Positions 10,617 to 21,111 of a stretch of 64,000 nucleotides of DNA are shown piece by piece. The stretch lies in the IMG/VR virus record IMGVR_UViG_2654588048_000003, positions 14,809 to 78,808 of that record; one strand, given 5' to 3'. The position numbers were made by a program, and so were the translations under genes. The stretch's first letter is position 1, and every line of letters starts with the position of its first letter. A model generated the notes under the pieces. That model was not told the DNA's origin, did no database searches, and saw only the letters and a list, made by a program, of their open reading frames with translations. This DNA is from a virus. Lineage: Duplodnaviria > Caudoviricetes.

Positions 10617-11978
10617 TTAAAGTGCCCTGTCAGCATAGCGGCGTTCTTTTTGCTTGGTTTGTCGTTGCATCCGGCAAACTTCAGCAGCCGATATTTGATC
10701 AGTCGGCAGGTAATGTCCGTGCCTAAATTCCTGATAAACCGTGCCAGTTTGTCCGTGACGGTTTTTATCCAGAATAATTTCCGCGTACTGTTTGGCGGGG
10801 CTGAGTGGGTTATACACCACATCCCGATAAGTAAAGAGAATGCGATCAGCGTCCTGCTCCAGCGAACCGGAATCACGTAAGTCTGCCGCCACCGGACGAC
10901 GCTGATGTAAGGGCCGTTTATCCACATCCCTTGATAGCTGGCTCAATGCCGTGACTGGCATGTGCAGTCGTTTAGCCAATCCTTTCAGTGCTTTCGATAT
11001 TTCTGCGACAGCCAGATCGTGGCGGTCAGCCCGGGGTTTTCTAATCAACCCGAGGTAGTCTACGAAAATGCCCTTTAAGTTCGGATGGCGACGCTTATGT
11101 GTTTCACTGATGGCGCAGATTTGTTCGACGCTCAGGTCGCTGGCATCCAGCACATGAATATCCCGGTCGATGAGTGAACCCAGTGCATTTCCAATGCGCC
11201 CCCAGTCTTCATCATGCAGTTCACAGTTTCTGAGTTTAGAAACGGGCATCGTAGCCGAACCTGCCACCATGCGTTCTGCAATTTGTTGGGCAGCCATTTC
11301 CATGGAAAACAACAAAGCACCGCCGCCGTCGCGGGTCATACCGTCAATCATGCACAGGGCCAGTTCCGTTTTTCCCATGCCCGGACGTCCGCCCAGCAAA
11401 ATCAGATCAGTCGGGTTAAATCCACCTGTCAGTTCGTCCAGCGGCTCAATTCCTGTTCGGATCATACCTGTCTTGCCCTGATTACGTGCTTCCAGTGTGT
11501 CGACATACCCATCCAGCAATGTGCCTATGACCACGGGCTGTAAGCTACTATCACTCGGGGATAATCCATTAAACTGGGATGCAAAAGCCTCGATCAGTTC
11601 TTCAGCTTGCTTATGATTGCCGCAGACCTGAATCTCTTTCTGGTAACGGTTAATCAGATCAGTAACCTGACGTACACGCCAGTAACGCATGACTTTTTCA
11701 GCATAACCTTTTAAATTGGCCTGCCAGACCGGGGTCTTGGCCAGTTCCAGCAGGTTAGCCAGAATGCCGCGTTCTTCGCCCATCGCATCCGCAATGAAAA
11801 AGGGATCGATAATGGCGCTGCTCAGGGCCTGCTTTTTAATTTCCCCATACACTCGCCGCAGGTGAACAGAACTGAACGCGTTATCCGGCAAAATCGCCAA
11901 TACGTCGTAGGCGTCCGGTGTCGCCCCGCCGGATAACAAGCCACTGATGACGGCCATTTCCAAATCATATACATTCAT
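10617..11978 (-). CDS. dnaB: Phage DnaB-like replicative helicase
   Basis: GRPGMGKT, FSMEM, VDYLGL, LSQLSR, DLRDSGSLEQDAD. Confidence 0.96.
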   Translation of the reverse strand: MNVYDLEMAVISGLLSGGATPDAYDVLAILPDNAFSSVHLRRVYGEIKKQALSSAIIDPFFIADAMGEERGILANLLELAKTPVWQANLKGYAEKVMRYWRVRQVTDLINRYQKEIQVCGNHKQAEELIEAFASQFNGLSPSDSSLQPVVIGTLLDGYVDTLEARNQGKTGMIRTGIEPLDELTGGFNPTDLILLGGRPGMGKTELALCMIDGMTRDGGGALLFSMEMAAQQIAERMVAGSATMPVSKLRNCELHDEDWGRIGNALGSLIDRDIHVLDASDLSVEQICAISETHKRRHPNLKGIFVDYLGLIRKPRADRHDLAVAEISKALKGLAKRLHMPVTALSQLSRDVDKRPLHQRRPVAADLRDSGSLEQDADRILFTYRDVVYNPLSPAKQYAEIILDKNRHGQTGTVYQEFRHGHYLPTDQISAAEVCRMQRQTKQKERRYADRAL

Positions 11979-12559
11979 GCGATTTCCCTTCTGTAGCTTT
12001 CCCAGTCAAAGGCCAATACCGTGACGCCCTGAAGCACTCTGTCCAGCGTCCGGTCACCCAAAAAATGAGCCAGCTCAGTCACAGGCAAATTACTGATCAG
12101 GATGGTGGGCAGCAGGTCTTCATAGCGATTATTCAGCACCTCAAACAGAATATTGCGTTCAGACTCCGTGCCGTACTGCACGCCGATTTCGTCAATCACC
12201 AGTAAATCCAGCTCACTGTAAAATTTCAGGGTGTCAAATTCGCTCATCTCCCCTTCGCTATTCCACGAACGACGAAACGCCCGGATGATGCGTGACGCGG
12301 TGGTGATAAAAACAGCTTCATCACCCCCTGTGGCAATCTCGCGGCAGAGGGCGACGGCAAGGTGTGTTTTTCCTGTTCCCTGACGCCCGCACAGAATCAT
12401 GCCTTCCCCTGCCCGCTTACGTTCCTCCCACGTCTGGACGTAGCCCTGACAGGTTTTCAGATTGGTTTCTGCCATCAGGCTCTGCGGTTGGTAAGTAGCA
12501 AAGCTGGCCTGCGCAAAGCGGGGAACAATTTTCAATATGCCCAGATCGATTGTTTCCAT
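11975..12559 (-). CDS. DnaC/IstB-like helicase loader, N-terminus short
   Basis: GRQGTGKTHLA, LLVIDEIG, TILISNL. Confidence 0.88.
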   Translation of the reverse strand: METIDLGILKIVPRFAQASFATYQPQSLMAETNLKTCQGYVQTWEERKRAGEGMILCGRQGTGKTHLAVALCREIATGGDEAVFITTASRIIRAFRRSWNSEGEMSEFDTLKFYSELDLLVIDEIGVQYGTESERNILFEVLNNRYEDLLPTILISNLPVTELAHFLGDRTLDRVLQGVTVLAFDWESYRREIA

Positions 12560-12577
12560 CGCGTCTTCTGCTGCTCC

Positions 12578-13336
12578 TTAAAGATTTTTTGTCCAATTCG
12601 CGCCGTGTGATTCATAACGCTTGTGCTTAAATCCAGTATGGGTGTTGGTTTGTGGTGGACGCCCGGATCTCGGTTTGTCAGGAAATAACCCTTGCCAGCT
12701 GTTAGCAATGGAGGTGAAAATCACCTCATCAGGATTGGTACATCCTGCCAATTGCTTGGCCTGCTGGCGGCAACTGGTTTCCGTCAGGGGTTTCCTGATT
12801 TCCTGCCTGAACTTCACCCAATCCGCCCACGTTTCGGCACTGACGTTTTCCGGTTTGGCAGTCAGGGGATCGAATTGCCCGGCCCCTTTGGGTTTTATAG
12901 GTTCTTTGACTGGTTCCTTGACGGGTTCAAAAGAGTGACTGGTTCTGGTGCCATCTGGTGGCATAGGGGGGATGTCATCTGGCGGCATAGGGGTGCCAGC
13001 AGATGACACAGAGCTGCCAGCAGGTGGCATAGGGGGTATGCTTTTGGGTGACACAGGGTCAGCGGATAAATTCAGATAATAGACATTCGAGGCATTCCCT
13101 TTCCCGTTGTGATTACCGAGCCGATTTTCCTTGATAAGCAAGCCCATCTTAATCAGGGCATCAATATGGCTTCGCACTGCGCTTTTGCTGCATTCACAGT
13201 GATCTGCAATATGCTGATATGAGGGCCAGCACTCCCCTTTGTCGTTTGCATTGTCGGCTAATTTGATAAGCACCAGTTTTCTCAGGGGATTACCCACCCG
13301 GATACTCATTGCCTTTACCATCAGACTCATACTCAT
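12578..13336 (-). CDS. Replication initiator (HTH, O-like)
   Basis: KLVLIKLADNANDKGECWPSY; internal repeats. Confidence 0.9.
   Translation of the reverse strand: MSMSLMVKAMSIRVGNPLRKLVLIKLADNANDKGECWPSYQHIADHCECSKSAVRSHIDALIKMGLLIKENRLGNHNGKGNASNVYYLNLSADPVSPKSIPPMPPAGSSVSSAGTPMPPDDIPPMPPDGTRTSHSFEPVKEPVKEPIKPKGAGQFDPLTAKPENVSAETWADWVKFRQEIRKPLTETSCRQQAKQLAGCTNPDEVIFTSIANSWQGLFPDKPRSGRPPQTNTHTGFKHKRYESHGANWTKNL
12949..13058. repeat. Origin iterons, about five 21-24 bp copies
   Basis: GCCAnCnGGTGGCATAGGGG-like repeats inside rep. Confidence 0.75.
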
Positions 13337-13409
13337 GCTGTTTCTCCCTGTTACCGTACATTAAACCCCATCCCCATGTTCATCCCGGACGCACCTCAAA
13401 CACCCGGCA

Positions 13410-13670
13410 TCATCCGCCACCAGTGGTAATTGGAAATTTATTTAGGGGTTTTTCAGGTGGCGGGAAAACGGTAGGCAGATCAGGACGCAATTCATGAGCC
13501 TGAACCGCCCCGTTTGAAAAAACCACAATATCGGGGACCCGTGATACCGAAACCCGTTTTTTTCCGTACAACCATACACTGATGAGCGATTGCGCACACC
13601 CCAGAACCTGAGCCAATTTGGCCTGACTGCCTGCGATATCTATCACTTTTTTTATCACACTGTTTTTCAT
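13410..13670 (-). CDS. cro: Cro/YdaS-like HTH
   Basis: AGSQAKLA...ISVW...HELRPDL; divergent from cI. Confidence 0.88.
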   Translation of the reverse strand: MKNSVIKKVIDIAGSQAKLAQVLGCAQSLISVWLYGKKRVSVSRVPDIVVFSNGAVQAHELRPDLPTVFPPPEKPLNKFPITTGGG

Positions 13671-13699
13671 TAGTTCCTTTCTCCAACACCACGGCAATA

Positions 13700-13770
13700 A
13701 CAATATCACTAACAGTCAATATAAATCACTATTGGAGTGCTTGTAAAGATATCACTCTAGAGATAGAATA
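13700..13770. promoter_or_regulatory. oR operators of prophage 1
   Basis: Three ATCACT half-sites; the same motif recurs at ~14645-14720. Confidence 0.55.
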
Positions 13771-13852
13771 AGAAAAAAACGTTCCAAGACAGCGGTTCTT
13801 GGGTTTATCCCCTGTATTCCACGTAAATGCGGGAACCACTCATGAGGCACTT

Positions 13853-14464
13853 ATGACTCTTGCTGATAGATTAAAAGAAGCCATGGCAGATAAGGGGCTG
13901 ACCCAATCTGCTCTGGCAAAAAAAGCCGGCATGGCACAATCCATGATATGGAAATTACTTTCCGGGAACGCCGTCAAAACAGGCCGGCTCGTTGATTTGG
14001 CCAAGGCGCTTGACGTGCGCCCGGAATGGCTCAGTGATGGCAGTGGTCATAAATCGCAGTCTGGTGATACTGATTTTTCTGTCAGACATAACAACCGTTA
14101 TGTACCGGTAAAAATTTATGAAGCAGAACAAGAAACCCCGGAGTTCTTCATGGTGCCGGCATTTTTTGAACAGCAGGCCCCTATTGAATCCTGCCGGGCT
14201 TATCGCATCACCCAAAATACCGGCTGCGCTGAAGCGCCGGAAGGGACGGTGATTGTAGTGGATACACAGGAAGATATCGCCAATGATGATTTAGTCTATG
14301 CACGCATCGGAGAGCACTATTCAGTTTATCGTTATAAACAAGGCGGGGCTGTCAGCTATCTGTCTGTTGACGATACACGTATCCCCTTGATACCTCTCTC
14401 TCCTGACATGGAAATCGTCGGTGTGATTGTTTATTTATTCCGTAACATGAAGCGAAAACGATAA
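13853..14464 (+). CDS. cI: CI-like repressor
   Basis: MTLADRLKEAM...TQSALAKKAG HTH; C-terminal S24-like fold appears degenerate. Confidence 0.88.
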   Translation: MTLADRLKEAMADKGLTQSALAKKAGMAQSMIWKLLSGNAVKTGRLVDLAKALDVRPEWLSDGSGHKSQSGDTDFSVRHNNRYVPVKIYEAEQETPEFFMVPAFFEQQAPIESCRAYRITQNTGCAEAPEGTVIVVDTQEDIANDDLVYARIGEHYSVYRYKQGGAVSYLSVDDTRIPLIPLSPDMEIVGVIVYLFRNMKRKR

Positions 14465-14740
14465 CATTCCTCTCCCTACTCTAAACACCGCCAAACCCTG
14501 CCTCTATTTGCAACAAGATACTGTTTTTAATGCAGTATCTTTAGTTTCATTGAAATTATTATCACCCCCAAGATCCAAAATCATTCAGATGATATCAAAT
14601 TAAAATTATTTTATATCAATAAGATAATTAAAAAAATTGATTTATATCACTATAGGTATGGATTTGATGAAATTTAAGTGATAATGTTAGTCGCATCAAA
14701 GTGATAGGAATAATCACTACAATAGTAAGCGAGAGGATTT

Positions 14741-15139
14741 ATGCGTACCTTTATTTCTGCCATCATCAAGAAACCAGCAAAAAAACAAAAAAATGCTATC
14801 AACATTAATGGCATTGTTGCCAATATCGCACAAAAAAACAGCCTGCATACAGGAACAACACATATCACCTTTTTGGCAGACCAATATCATCAGGGCAAAA
14901 ACCAGAATCACGGCATGGGCATAAAAAATAAAGATGAATTTAAACATCATATATTAACGACGTATCGGGTCAGACCAAAACATACAGAGCCTGTTCCTTG
15001 CTATAATTTAGAACCGATTGTCGATTACGGTTATGCGCTCTATAAGCGGAGAGGACGATATATGCATTTAATTGATATCATTCCTCTGATTAAAGCAGGC
15101 AAGAAAACACTGTCAGTAATAAAAATAGCCACACAATAA
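14741..15139 (+). CDS. Hypothetical early-left protein
   Basis: 132 aa ORF with GAGG RBS. Confidence 0.55.
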   Translation: MRTFISAIIKKPAKKQKNAININGIVANIAQKNSLHTGTTHITFLADQYHQGKNQNHGMGIKNKDEFKHHILTTYRVRPKHTEPVPCYNLEPIVDYGYALYKRRGRYMHLIDIIPLIKAGKKTLSVIKIATQ

Positions 15140-15465
15140 ACAAATATAAATAAAATCTATAAATTTCAATAATATTAAAACTTAATGACAGCGCCTGCGC
15201 TGGGGAATGTTTCAATCTAAATTCAGAATGATCACGCACAAGCAGAGAACACGAAAGAAGTCTGTTATATGGAGACTGCAAATAAAGTGACTCAAATGGA
15301 GCCAGAAAAATATCATCTTACATCTTTATATTGGGAACAAACAAAATACGGAGCAATGCATATCAGTAATCAAAACAACAAGAGATACGCCCTGCTGGTA
15401 CTACCGATAGCCCGATCACAAGCAAGGGAGTATTGAAAAATGGCTATCAGAGAGGGAGGCAAGTC

Positions 15466-15645
15466 ATGGCGATAAGATACATTAAGCGTGAAGAGATGCA
15501 ACGACTCACAGGAAAAAGCAAAACAACCCTTTGGAGAATGTACGCAAAAAGAAATGAGTTTCCTAAACCAGATAAGACTGCTGGTGGAACATTTCTAGGA
15601 TGGCCTGAAGAGGTCTATGAGGCTTGGGTGAGAGAGAAGAAGTAG
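15466..15645 (+). CDS. AlpA-family excisionase
   Basis: EMQRLTGKSKTTLWRM...FPKP...GW; adjacent to att. Confidence 0.85.
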   Translation: MAIRYIKREEMQRLTGKSKTTLWRMYAKRNEFPKPDKTAGGTFLGWPEEVYEAWVREKK

Positions 15646-15653
15646 CGATAACT

Positions 15654-15715
15654 TGACCCGTTGCCTGACCCGTTGTTATGGCGGGTTTTTCATTTTTTAT
15701 CGTAACTTATTGATT
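15654..15715. promoter_or_regulatory. Prophage 1 att arm: arm-type repeats and IHF site
   Basis: TGACCCGTTG twice (15654, 15666); AATCAATAAGTTA on minus strand at 15703-15715. Confidence 0.7.
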
Positions 15716-15718
15716 TTA

Positions 15719-15763
15719 TGGTACGCCCTACAGGATTCGAACCTGTGACCTACGGCTTAGAAG
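15719..15763 (-). other. att core: 3' fragment of tRNA-Arg(UCU), argU-like
   Basis: CTTCTAAGCCGTAGGTCACAGGTTCGAATCCTGTAGGGCGTACCA; 5' half of the tRNA absent. Confidence 0.9.
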
Positions 15764-15782
15764 TGAGTAGAGTCACTATCTA

Positions 15783-15888
15783 AATCAACCAATTACCGCA
15801 TTTATCGGCGCTCACACGTCCCACCTTACCCAAACTTACCCCTTGTTACTTCTGCTTGCTTTTCAATGCCTGTCCCAGATCCGTCCCA
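15783..15888. promoter_or_regulatory. Prophage 2 att arm
   Basis: IHF AATCAACCAATTA at 15783; GTCCCAGATCCGTCCCA (15872-15888) matches GTCCCAAATCCGTCCCA (63956-63972). Confidence 0.75.
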
Positions 15889-15980
15889 ATCAATTCATCC
15901 AGACAACCCCACCCCACTACCCGCTAATCTCCCCTATTGGCTATTTATTGAATGAAGTAAGGGGCACGTAGCCCCTGTAT

Positions 15981-16499
15981 TTACTTCGGCTGTTCCGGCC
16001 ATTTGACATCGGGCGCGGTAGTACAATCCACCCGATTGAGCAGCACCCGGTATTTACGCCATTCGGTTAATGCAGATTTCTCTGCGTCGGTGGCGATATT
16101 CAAATCAACGGCGTCCTGCAATGGCGCAATTTTTTCTCTGGCAATATCCATCAATTGCCGTTTTCGTTCCTCCGCCTTTTTCTGTAGTTCGGCAGGGGTA
16201 TAAATCCGCCTAATGATTTTTTCACCGTTATATTGCCACTCGCCATGGACATCGAGACCATCAGGGGCGTGGCGGTTGTCCATTTCAATCACGCTAAATC
16301 CGTTCGGATAGAGCATTGAGGCATCCGTATTGTAATTGATAATCACACCCGTCGAGTCATACACGATTTTTAATGTTTCCGGTGCAAACAGTTTTTGAGC
16401 ATCGTACCAGTCGATACCTTCATCAGACTGAATGTAGGAGCAATCCCCGAATTTAGGATTATCAGGTTGATAAGATTTGAAGTTTTTTAAATTACGCAT
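15981..16499 (-). CDS. tfa: Tail fibre assembly protein
   Basis: [13 protein letters not shown]...[14 protein letters not shown]...WPEQP. Confidence 0.93.
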   Translation of the reverse strand: MRNLKNFKSYQPDNPKFGDCSYIQSDEGIDWYDAQKLFAPETLKIVYDSTGVIINYNTDASMLYPNGFSVIEMDNRHAPDGLDVHGEWQYNGEKIIRRIYTPAELQKKAEERKRQLMDIAREKIAPLQDAVDLNIATDAEKSALTEWRKYRVLLNRVDCTTAPDVKWPEQPK

Positions 16500-17526
16500 T
16501 TTTCGCTGTCACCCATTGATTATCGATCAGACATTGCAGGAAACTCAACCTCGCATTTCTCGCTTCGAAATACGCATCGTTGACACTGCCGCGTACCATT
16601 GTCATCACCTCACCGTCCAGCAACTCAGGATAGCGCCCTTTTGTTAGTTCAATCTCCCGCGAGTGCAGCCATCTGAACTTTGAGGCATAGCGCGCCTCCA
16701 TAGCCGGTTCTGTCGCGACTTTATTCCCGTTAACATAAATGGCAGAATCCCGAATAGATAAAATTGTTTTCCCTGCGATATTTTCAATTTTCAGCTCCGA
16801 ATTGCTGTGCATACAGCCAAGACGATATCTGACATTTCCTACTGAATCAGTCGCCTCTATATAATTTGCAGCCCCGGTTGTCTGATTCTGCAATGATAAA
16901 AATTTATCATCCGTTTTGATCTGCCCGCCCGATTTATCAAATTTCCCATTCAGGAAATTAGTCACCGTATTTTGACTCATCACATGATCAGCTGAATTGC
17001 CTGAGTGTTGTGTGATGGCTGATTTTGGAACCGCATTTTTCGCTAAATCTACCGTTCCCGTTAAACCGAGGTTGTCGACAAACTTCGGCTTGTTCGGAAT
17101 ATCTGCGCCGTTCTTTGATTTCTCCAGCCGAGTATTGGCGTTATCGGTGACGGCGTTCAGGGCATCGGCAATAGATTTTGCGATACCAATAGCATCTGCA
17201 AATAACATCCATTCATTTTGTGATTGATCGGGTCGCTGTCCGTTCGTTTGTTTTTTGGCGGTGTAGAATTTACCTGCGTACTGCACAACAGCATATTGCG
17301 GATAATCGATGGCAGCGTCCCATTCAGACAATCCGCGCTGAGATAAATACATCATCCATTCATCGGTGCGTTTACCTAGGGCGTTAAACCACTCCATCGG
17401 CGGTTTTCCGGCTGTGCGGTCTACGGTTACTCCCCATCCGCGCAGGAGATCGGGAAATGTTTCCAGCTCACCTGTTTTTGCATCGTTGGCAAATATTTTA
17501 TAGTCAGGTTTATTGATGATTGACAT
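16492..17526 (-). CDS. Tail fibre protein
   Basis: [28 protein letters not shown] repeat; precedes tfa. Confidence 0.88.
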   Translation of the reverse strand: MSIINKPDYKIFANDAKTGELETFPDLLRGWGVTVDRTAGKPPMEWFNALGKRTDEWMMYLSQRGLSEWDAAIDYPQYAVVQYAGKFYTAKKQTNGQRPDQSQNEWMLFADAIGIAKSIADALNAVTDNANTRLEKSKNGADIPNKPKFVDNLGLTGTVDLAKNAVPKSAITQHSGNSADHVMSQNTVTNFLNGKFDKSGGQIKTDDKFLSLQNQTTGAANYIEATDSVGNVRYRLGCMHSNSELKIENIAGKTILSIRDSAIYVNGNKVATEPAMEARYASKFRWLHSREIELTKGRYPELLDGEVMTMVRGSVNDAYFEARNARLSFLQCLIDNQWVTAKNA

Positions 17527-18163
17527 TGATAATCCTCGTAAATTTACCATCCCCAAAACCGAATGAGCGTGTATCACTCGCCCAGCCAAACGGACGGTCA
17601 CTGTTAACAACAACGAACTGGTATTTAACGCCGACAGGTCTGCTCAAAATATCGAGTTTCAGAATGGCGTGTAATCGAAATGGGGTCATGTAATCAGCAG
17701 GGACAATCACATTCATAGTCATGTCGTAGTTATCGATGACAAATGAATATTCCCCTAATAAGTGTTGTAATGAATGAGTAATTCCCTCGATAGTGGGTTT
17801 CTGAAAGTTCTTGATGATTTTTGCTCTGATAAAGAACCTGAAATCGGAATCATCCAGTTTGACGGATTTTTGCAGCGAGTCGCCGTATCGATAAAACAGG
17901 CCGTCATTAAATCCTAACGCCCCGCTGATACCTAGCCAGCCGAAATAGTCTTTTGGTACAAATGACTTCATTGTCCGGCCAATACCAATGTGTCGGCCTA
18001 TCAAATCCAGTCCGTAGCCAACTGATTTATCAATGTCGAGTATTTCGGGAAGCTGCAATACCGTCTCAAATATTGTTTTGGTCTCAGAAAGCAAAAGCCC
18101 AACGGTTTGCTGGGCTTTAGGTTTTCCTCTGTATTGCCAAATCAAAAAATTTTCTCTACTCAA
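17510..18163 (-). CDS. DUF2612 baseplate protein
   Basis: LIWQYRGKPKA, GYGLDLIG, DNYDMTM. Confidence 0.85.
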   Translation of the reverse strand: MSRENFLIWQYRGKPKAQQTVGLLLSETKTIFETVLQLPEILDIDKSVGYGLDLIGRHIGIGRTMKSFVPKDYFGWLGISGALGFNDGLFYRYGDSLQKSVKLDDSDFRFFIRAKIIKNFQKPTIEGITHSLQHLLGEYSFVIDNYDMTMNVIVPADYMTPFRLHAILKLDILSRPVGVKYQFVVVNSDRPFGWASDTRSFGFGDGKFTRIINVNHQ

Positions 18164-19286
18164 TCAGCACCTCCACATTTTCAGGTTTGATTTGAGCACA
18201 TTGGCGAACACCCATTGAGGCTGAGTCAGAACCATTGACGGTGATGGATTTGATATAGAATCCTGAGATTGTGTTAACTCGACACGTTAACCGCATGGCA
18301 TACACGGATTCACCAATAGCAAATTCAGTAGCGGCCAATGCGGATTTAATGCCATCTGTGTCGATATCATGAAAGCCGTTGATACGATCAATGATGATTT
18401 TCACCTTGATATTCACCATCTCGGCACGGTCAAATCCCACTGTTCGCTCTGCACCTGAATATTCACAAGAGCGAGAGATATTCCCCATCAGTCCACAACC
18501 ACCCACCTTTTTTCTCAGAATGGTTAGTGCAATATCTTCATCTCGGCCACCGATAACAACTGCATTCATCGAGTGAGGCGGGATACCTCTAACATCGGTC
18601 TGGTTAGTGAAGTTCTCATAAACACGCGCCTGTTTTGCATCGGGTAAATTCAGCAACGCAGCCTCAATCCCTTGCCTGTCATCATGATTATTGATGGAAT
18701 GTGAGCGCATAAACCGCAGTAAAAAGTTACCGTCCGTTTCTTCTTCACCACCAGCCTTGGCTTCTTTTGTGGTTATAGTCTTTTCAATGCCGACTATCAC
18801 CGTTTCCATTTTCAGCTCTTTGTTGGGCTGCAATGTAAATGAGCCAAGTTCCTGACTGCGCAATTTGACCTGAGCGGAGCCGTTATTATTGAGCATGGCA
18901 TCAGTCAGTGTTATCCATTTGACCCGATTATCATCTGTCAGTACTGTGCCGGCTGGCACTGTCACACCCGCGTTCCCTGTGATTATCACATCATCCAGAT
19001 AGCTGAACTCAGCACCTCGGCGAACCAGCCCCGCATACATTGCCCGCTGTTCTAACCATGCACCTGTTGCATTGTAGGGATCTAACATCTGTACAATAAC
19101 CGCAATGACCTGATTGATATTGGCAAGTTCCTGCGAGAACAATCCGACGATTTGGCCATCGGGTGAATCAGCATCAAGATTGATATCCTCGCCATAGATA
19201 CGCCGGAATCCGGCCTCTAGTCGTTGGTGAATAACAGAAAGTTGCTCAATAACAATTCCGGTATCAGTAATCTGGAGCATCTGCAT
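18156..19286 (-). CDS. Baseplate J/gp47 protein
   Basis: DSPDGQ, GGEEETD, IPPHS. Confidence 0.9.
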   Translation of the reverse strand: MQMLQITDTGIVIEQLSVIHQRLEAGFRRIYGEDINLDADSPDGQIVGLFSQELANINQVIAVIVQMLDPYNATGAWLEQRAMYAGLVRRGAEFSYLDDVIITGNAGVTVPAGTVLTDDNRVKWITLTDAMLNNNGSAQVKLRSQELGSFTLQPNKELKMETVIVGIEKTITTKEAKAGGEEETDGNFLLRFMRSHSINNHDDRQGIEAALLNLPDAKQARVYENFTNQTDVRGIPPHSMNAVVIGGRDEDIALTILRKKVGGCGLMGNISRSCEYSGAERTVGFDRAEMVNIKVKIIIDRINGFHDIDTDGIKSALAATEFAIGESVYAMRLTCRVNTISGFYIKSITVNGSDSASMGVRQCAQIKPENVEVLIE

Positions 19287-19623
19287 TAACCTCGTTTTTA
19301 TTGCCGTAACTATCTATATATTCAACAATCACAATTGATTTCCGGTTCTCATTGAGCTGGATATCAAATCGGGTAATTTCCGTAACGCCATCTGTATTCA
19401 GAACGGTCGTCTTTAACTCTGACTCCATCATCATCAGATTGGGATTTTTGCGCAGGTAATCGAACCATCTCACACCATGATCGGGGTCGAGGAACCAATC
19501 ATTGAACAGAGACAGGAGTCGCGTTTTCACAGACTGCGCTATAGCCTCTGATTGGGTTGCGTAATCACTGCGACCACAGCCAAATGTCCAGTCATGATTG
19601 TCATCTAATCGCCGTACTCTCAT
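19264..19623 (-). CDS. Baseplate wedge/sheath initiator
   Basis: RRLD...DWTFG, Q.VKTRL, WFLD..HG. Confidence 0.8.
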   Translation of the reverse strand: MRVRRLDDNHDWTFGCGRSDYATQSEAIAQSVKTRLLSLFNDWFLDPDHGVRWFDYLRKNPNLMMMESELKTTVLNTDGVTEITRFDIQLNENRKSIVIVEYIDSYGNKNEVNADAPDY

Positions 19624-20285
19624 TTGTTCGGCCTCCCTGTATTGCCACCGTGTGAGTCTGGGTGGGTATGATTTTCAACATCCACGCCGCCGCCGATCAC
19701 TTTAGCCGCTCTGATTGTGCCGCCTGATTCGCTGTTGCCGCTGGTCTGGTTCCAGTTTCCGGCCTGTTGATGGTTTCCGGTCTGTTTGCTGTTACCCTCA
19801 TGCAAAACTTCCCCTTTGATGTGTATCTTTCCTTTTGACAGCCGGATGAACGTTGAACCGTCATCGGTTTGCATGGATGCGCCGCCATTGAAGAAGTCGG
19901 GGATTTTTTTAGGCTGGCTACAAATACCTGGAATAAATGACGCATCGGAATAATCATGCAATCGCGCATCCAGTGGTACGGATTTGTTACCGGTTGCATA
20001 CCAGCCATCAATGCAGCGTTCGGAGAATATTGCGACCCCCTCATCACCCGCAGAGACAGGAACTGTGAAACAGAATCCTCCCGCGCGCGGAAATTGGACG
20101 ATGACATCTACCAATGGCGGCAATTCAACAACCGAGCCATTACTCAATATTTGGGTGATCATCAGTTCTATTGTGGCGGTGTGACCGTTAAATGAAACAA
20201 CTCTGGCAGGCAGGGCGGTGTGAATATCAAGGCGCTCGTTCTCGGCTTTGCTGCTCAGGACATCAAGTAGTGTTGGGTTTTTCAC
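19620..20285 (-). CDS. Gp138-like baseplate spike
   Basis: LPPLVDV..FPRAGG, FSERCID.W, C-terminal HTH..SHG; GTG start inferred. Confidence 0.85.
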   Translation of the reverse strand: MKNPTLLDVLSSKAENERLDIHTALPARVVSFNGHTATIELMITQILSNGSVVELPPLVDVIVQFPRAGGFCFTVPVSAGDEGVAIFSERCIDGWYATGNKSVPLDARLHDYSDASFIPGICSQPKKIPDFFNGGASMQTDDGSTFIRLSKGKIHIKGEVLHEGNSKQTGNHQQAGNWNQTSGNSESGGTIRAAKVIGGGVDVENHTHPDSHGGNTGRPNK

Positions 20286-21111
20286 TCTGTTTCTCCACCT
20301 TCTGATATTTTCCGCCAATGCAGGTTATTTTAGTTGTCCAACCATCACTCATGAAATCGCCGGAATGCTCCAGTTCTGTGATTTTGTAATCACCGTTATA
20401 TTCAGAAATAATGGACTGAACCCGCACCAGCCCACCTATCCGCATGAACGGATTGAGCAAGCAACTCAGTGATAAACCGTCGTCGGTTTTCTCTGGGCTA
20501 TCGATCATTCCGGTTTCCTGAGACAGTACGAATCCCTCGTTATCAGCTAAGACCTTGCTTTTAGGTAATACGGTGATGTTGCCGTCTTGTACTGACCAGT
20601 CAGCCCCATTGTTACGGGCGATCTTGTGCATGATGTCGCGAGCGTTCCCGGTCAGAACTTTGCCACGCGGTAATGCTCTGTCTTTCGGTAAATCCACCAC
20701 ACCACCGCCAACCTTCATCGATTTGGTGGCCTCGGCTAGAATGCTGGTATCAGTCGCCCCCGCTGCCAGCGTCTTATTCACCAATGCGCCTGTGTACGCC
20801 TCGTAGCCATCACCGCACGTCAACTGGATAACGAAGTCCAGCCCGTCCCGTAGTGTTATCGCCTCAATAATGTCACCCATATAAATCACGCGCAGTTCTT
20901 CATAGCCGACTGCCAGGCTGACGCGGTTATACGTTTTACTGGTGATTAGGTTCCTGTGCGATTGGTTGAGGTTATAGATTTGGATTGTGGCTAGATTGGG
21001 TTCGCTGGTAATGGTTTTGGAGATATCAAATGCGATTCTGAGGTTAGTGATTTCGATAGATTCTTTTGTGTTGCCGATGCTTAATTTAATCTGTCGTCCG
21101 AATTGCCTCAT
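20263..21111 (-). CDS. Baseplate hub protein
   Basis: IQIYNLN, LPRGKVL, TGMIDSP. Confidence 0.8.
   Translation of the reverse strand: MRQFGRQIKLSIGNTKESIEITNLRIAFDISKTITSEPNLATIQIYNLNQSHRNLITSKTYNRVSLAVGYEELRVIYMGDIIEAITLRDGLDFVIQLTCGDGYEAYTGALVNKTLAAGATDTSILAEATKSMKVGGGVVDLPKDRALPRGKVLTGNARDIMHKIARNNGADWSVQDGNITVLPKSKVLADNEGFVLSQETGMIDSPEKTDDGLSLSCLLNPFMRIGGLVRVQSIISEYNGDYKITELEHSGDFMSDGWTTKITCIGGKYQKVEKQSEKPNTT

Larger units (their letters stand above)
1..15718 (-). mobile_element. Prophage 1, HK97-like lambdoid, probably partly defective; continues left of the window
   Basis: Gene order xis, cI/cro, rep, DnaC-like, DnaB, Q, MTase, lysis, HNH, terS, terL, portal, protease; ends at the tRNA-Arg att core. 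Confidence 0.92.

Noticed and set aside
14515-14541. LexA box downstream of cI in prophage 1
   Set aside because: Palindrome AAGATACTG-N9-CAGTATCTT has CTG-N9-CAG, one base short of CTG-N10-CAG; at best a decayed site.
15719-15763. Intact tRNA-Arg gene
   Set aside because: Only anticodon loop to CCA is present; the sequence beyond 15763 cannot form the 5' half.
15981-17526. Tail-fibre invertible cassette or DGR
   Set aside because: No invertase, reverse transcriptase, inverted fibre copy or TR/VR pair seen.
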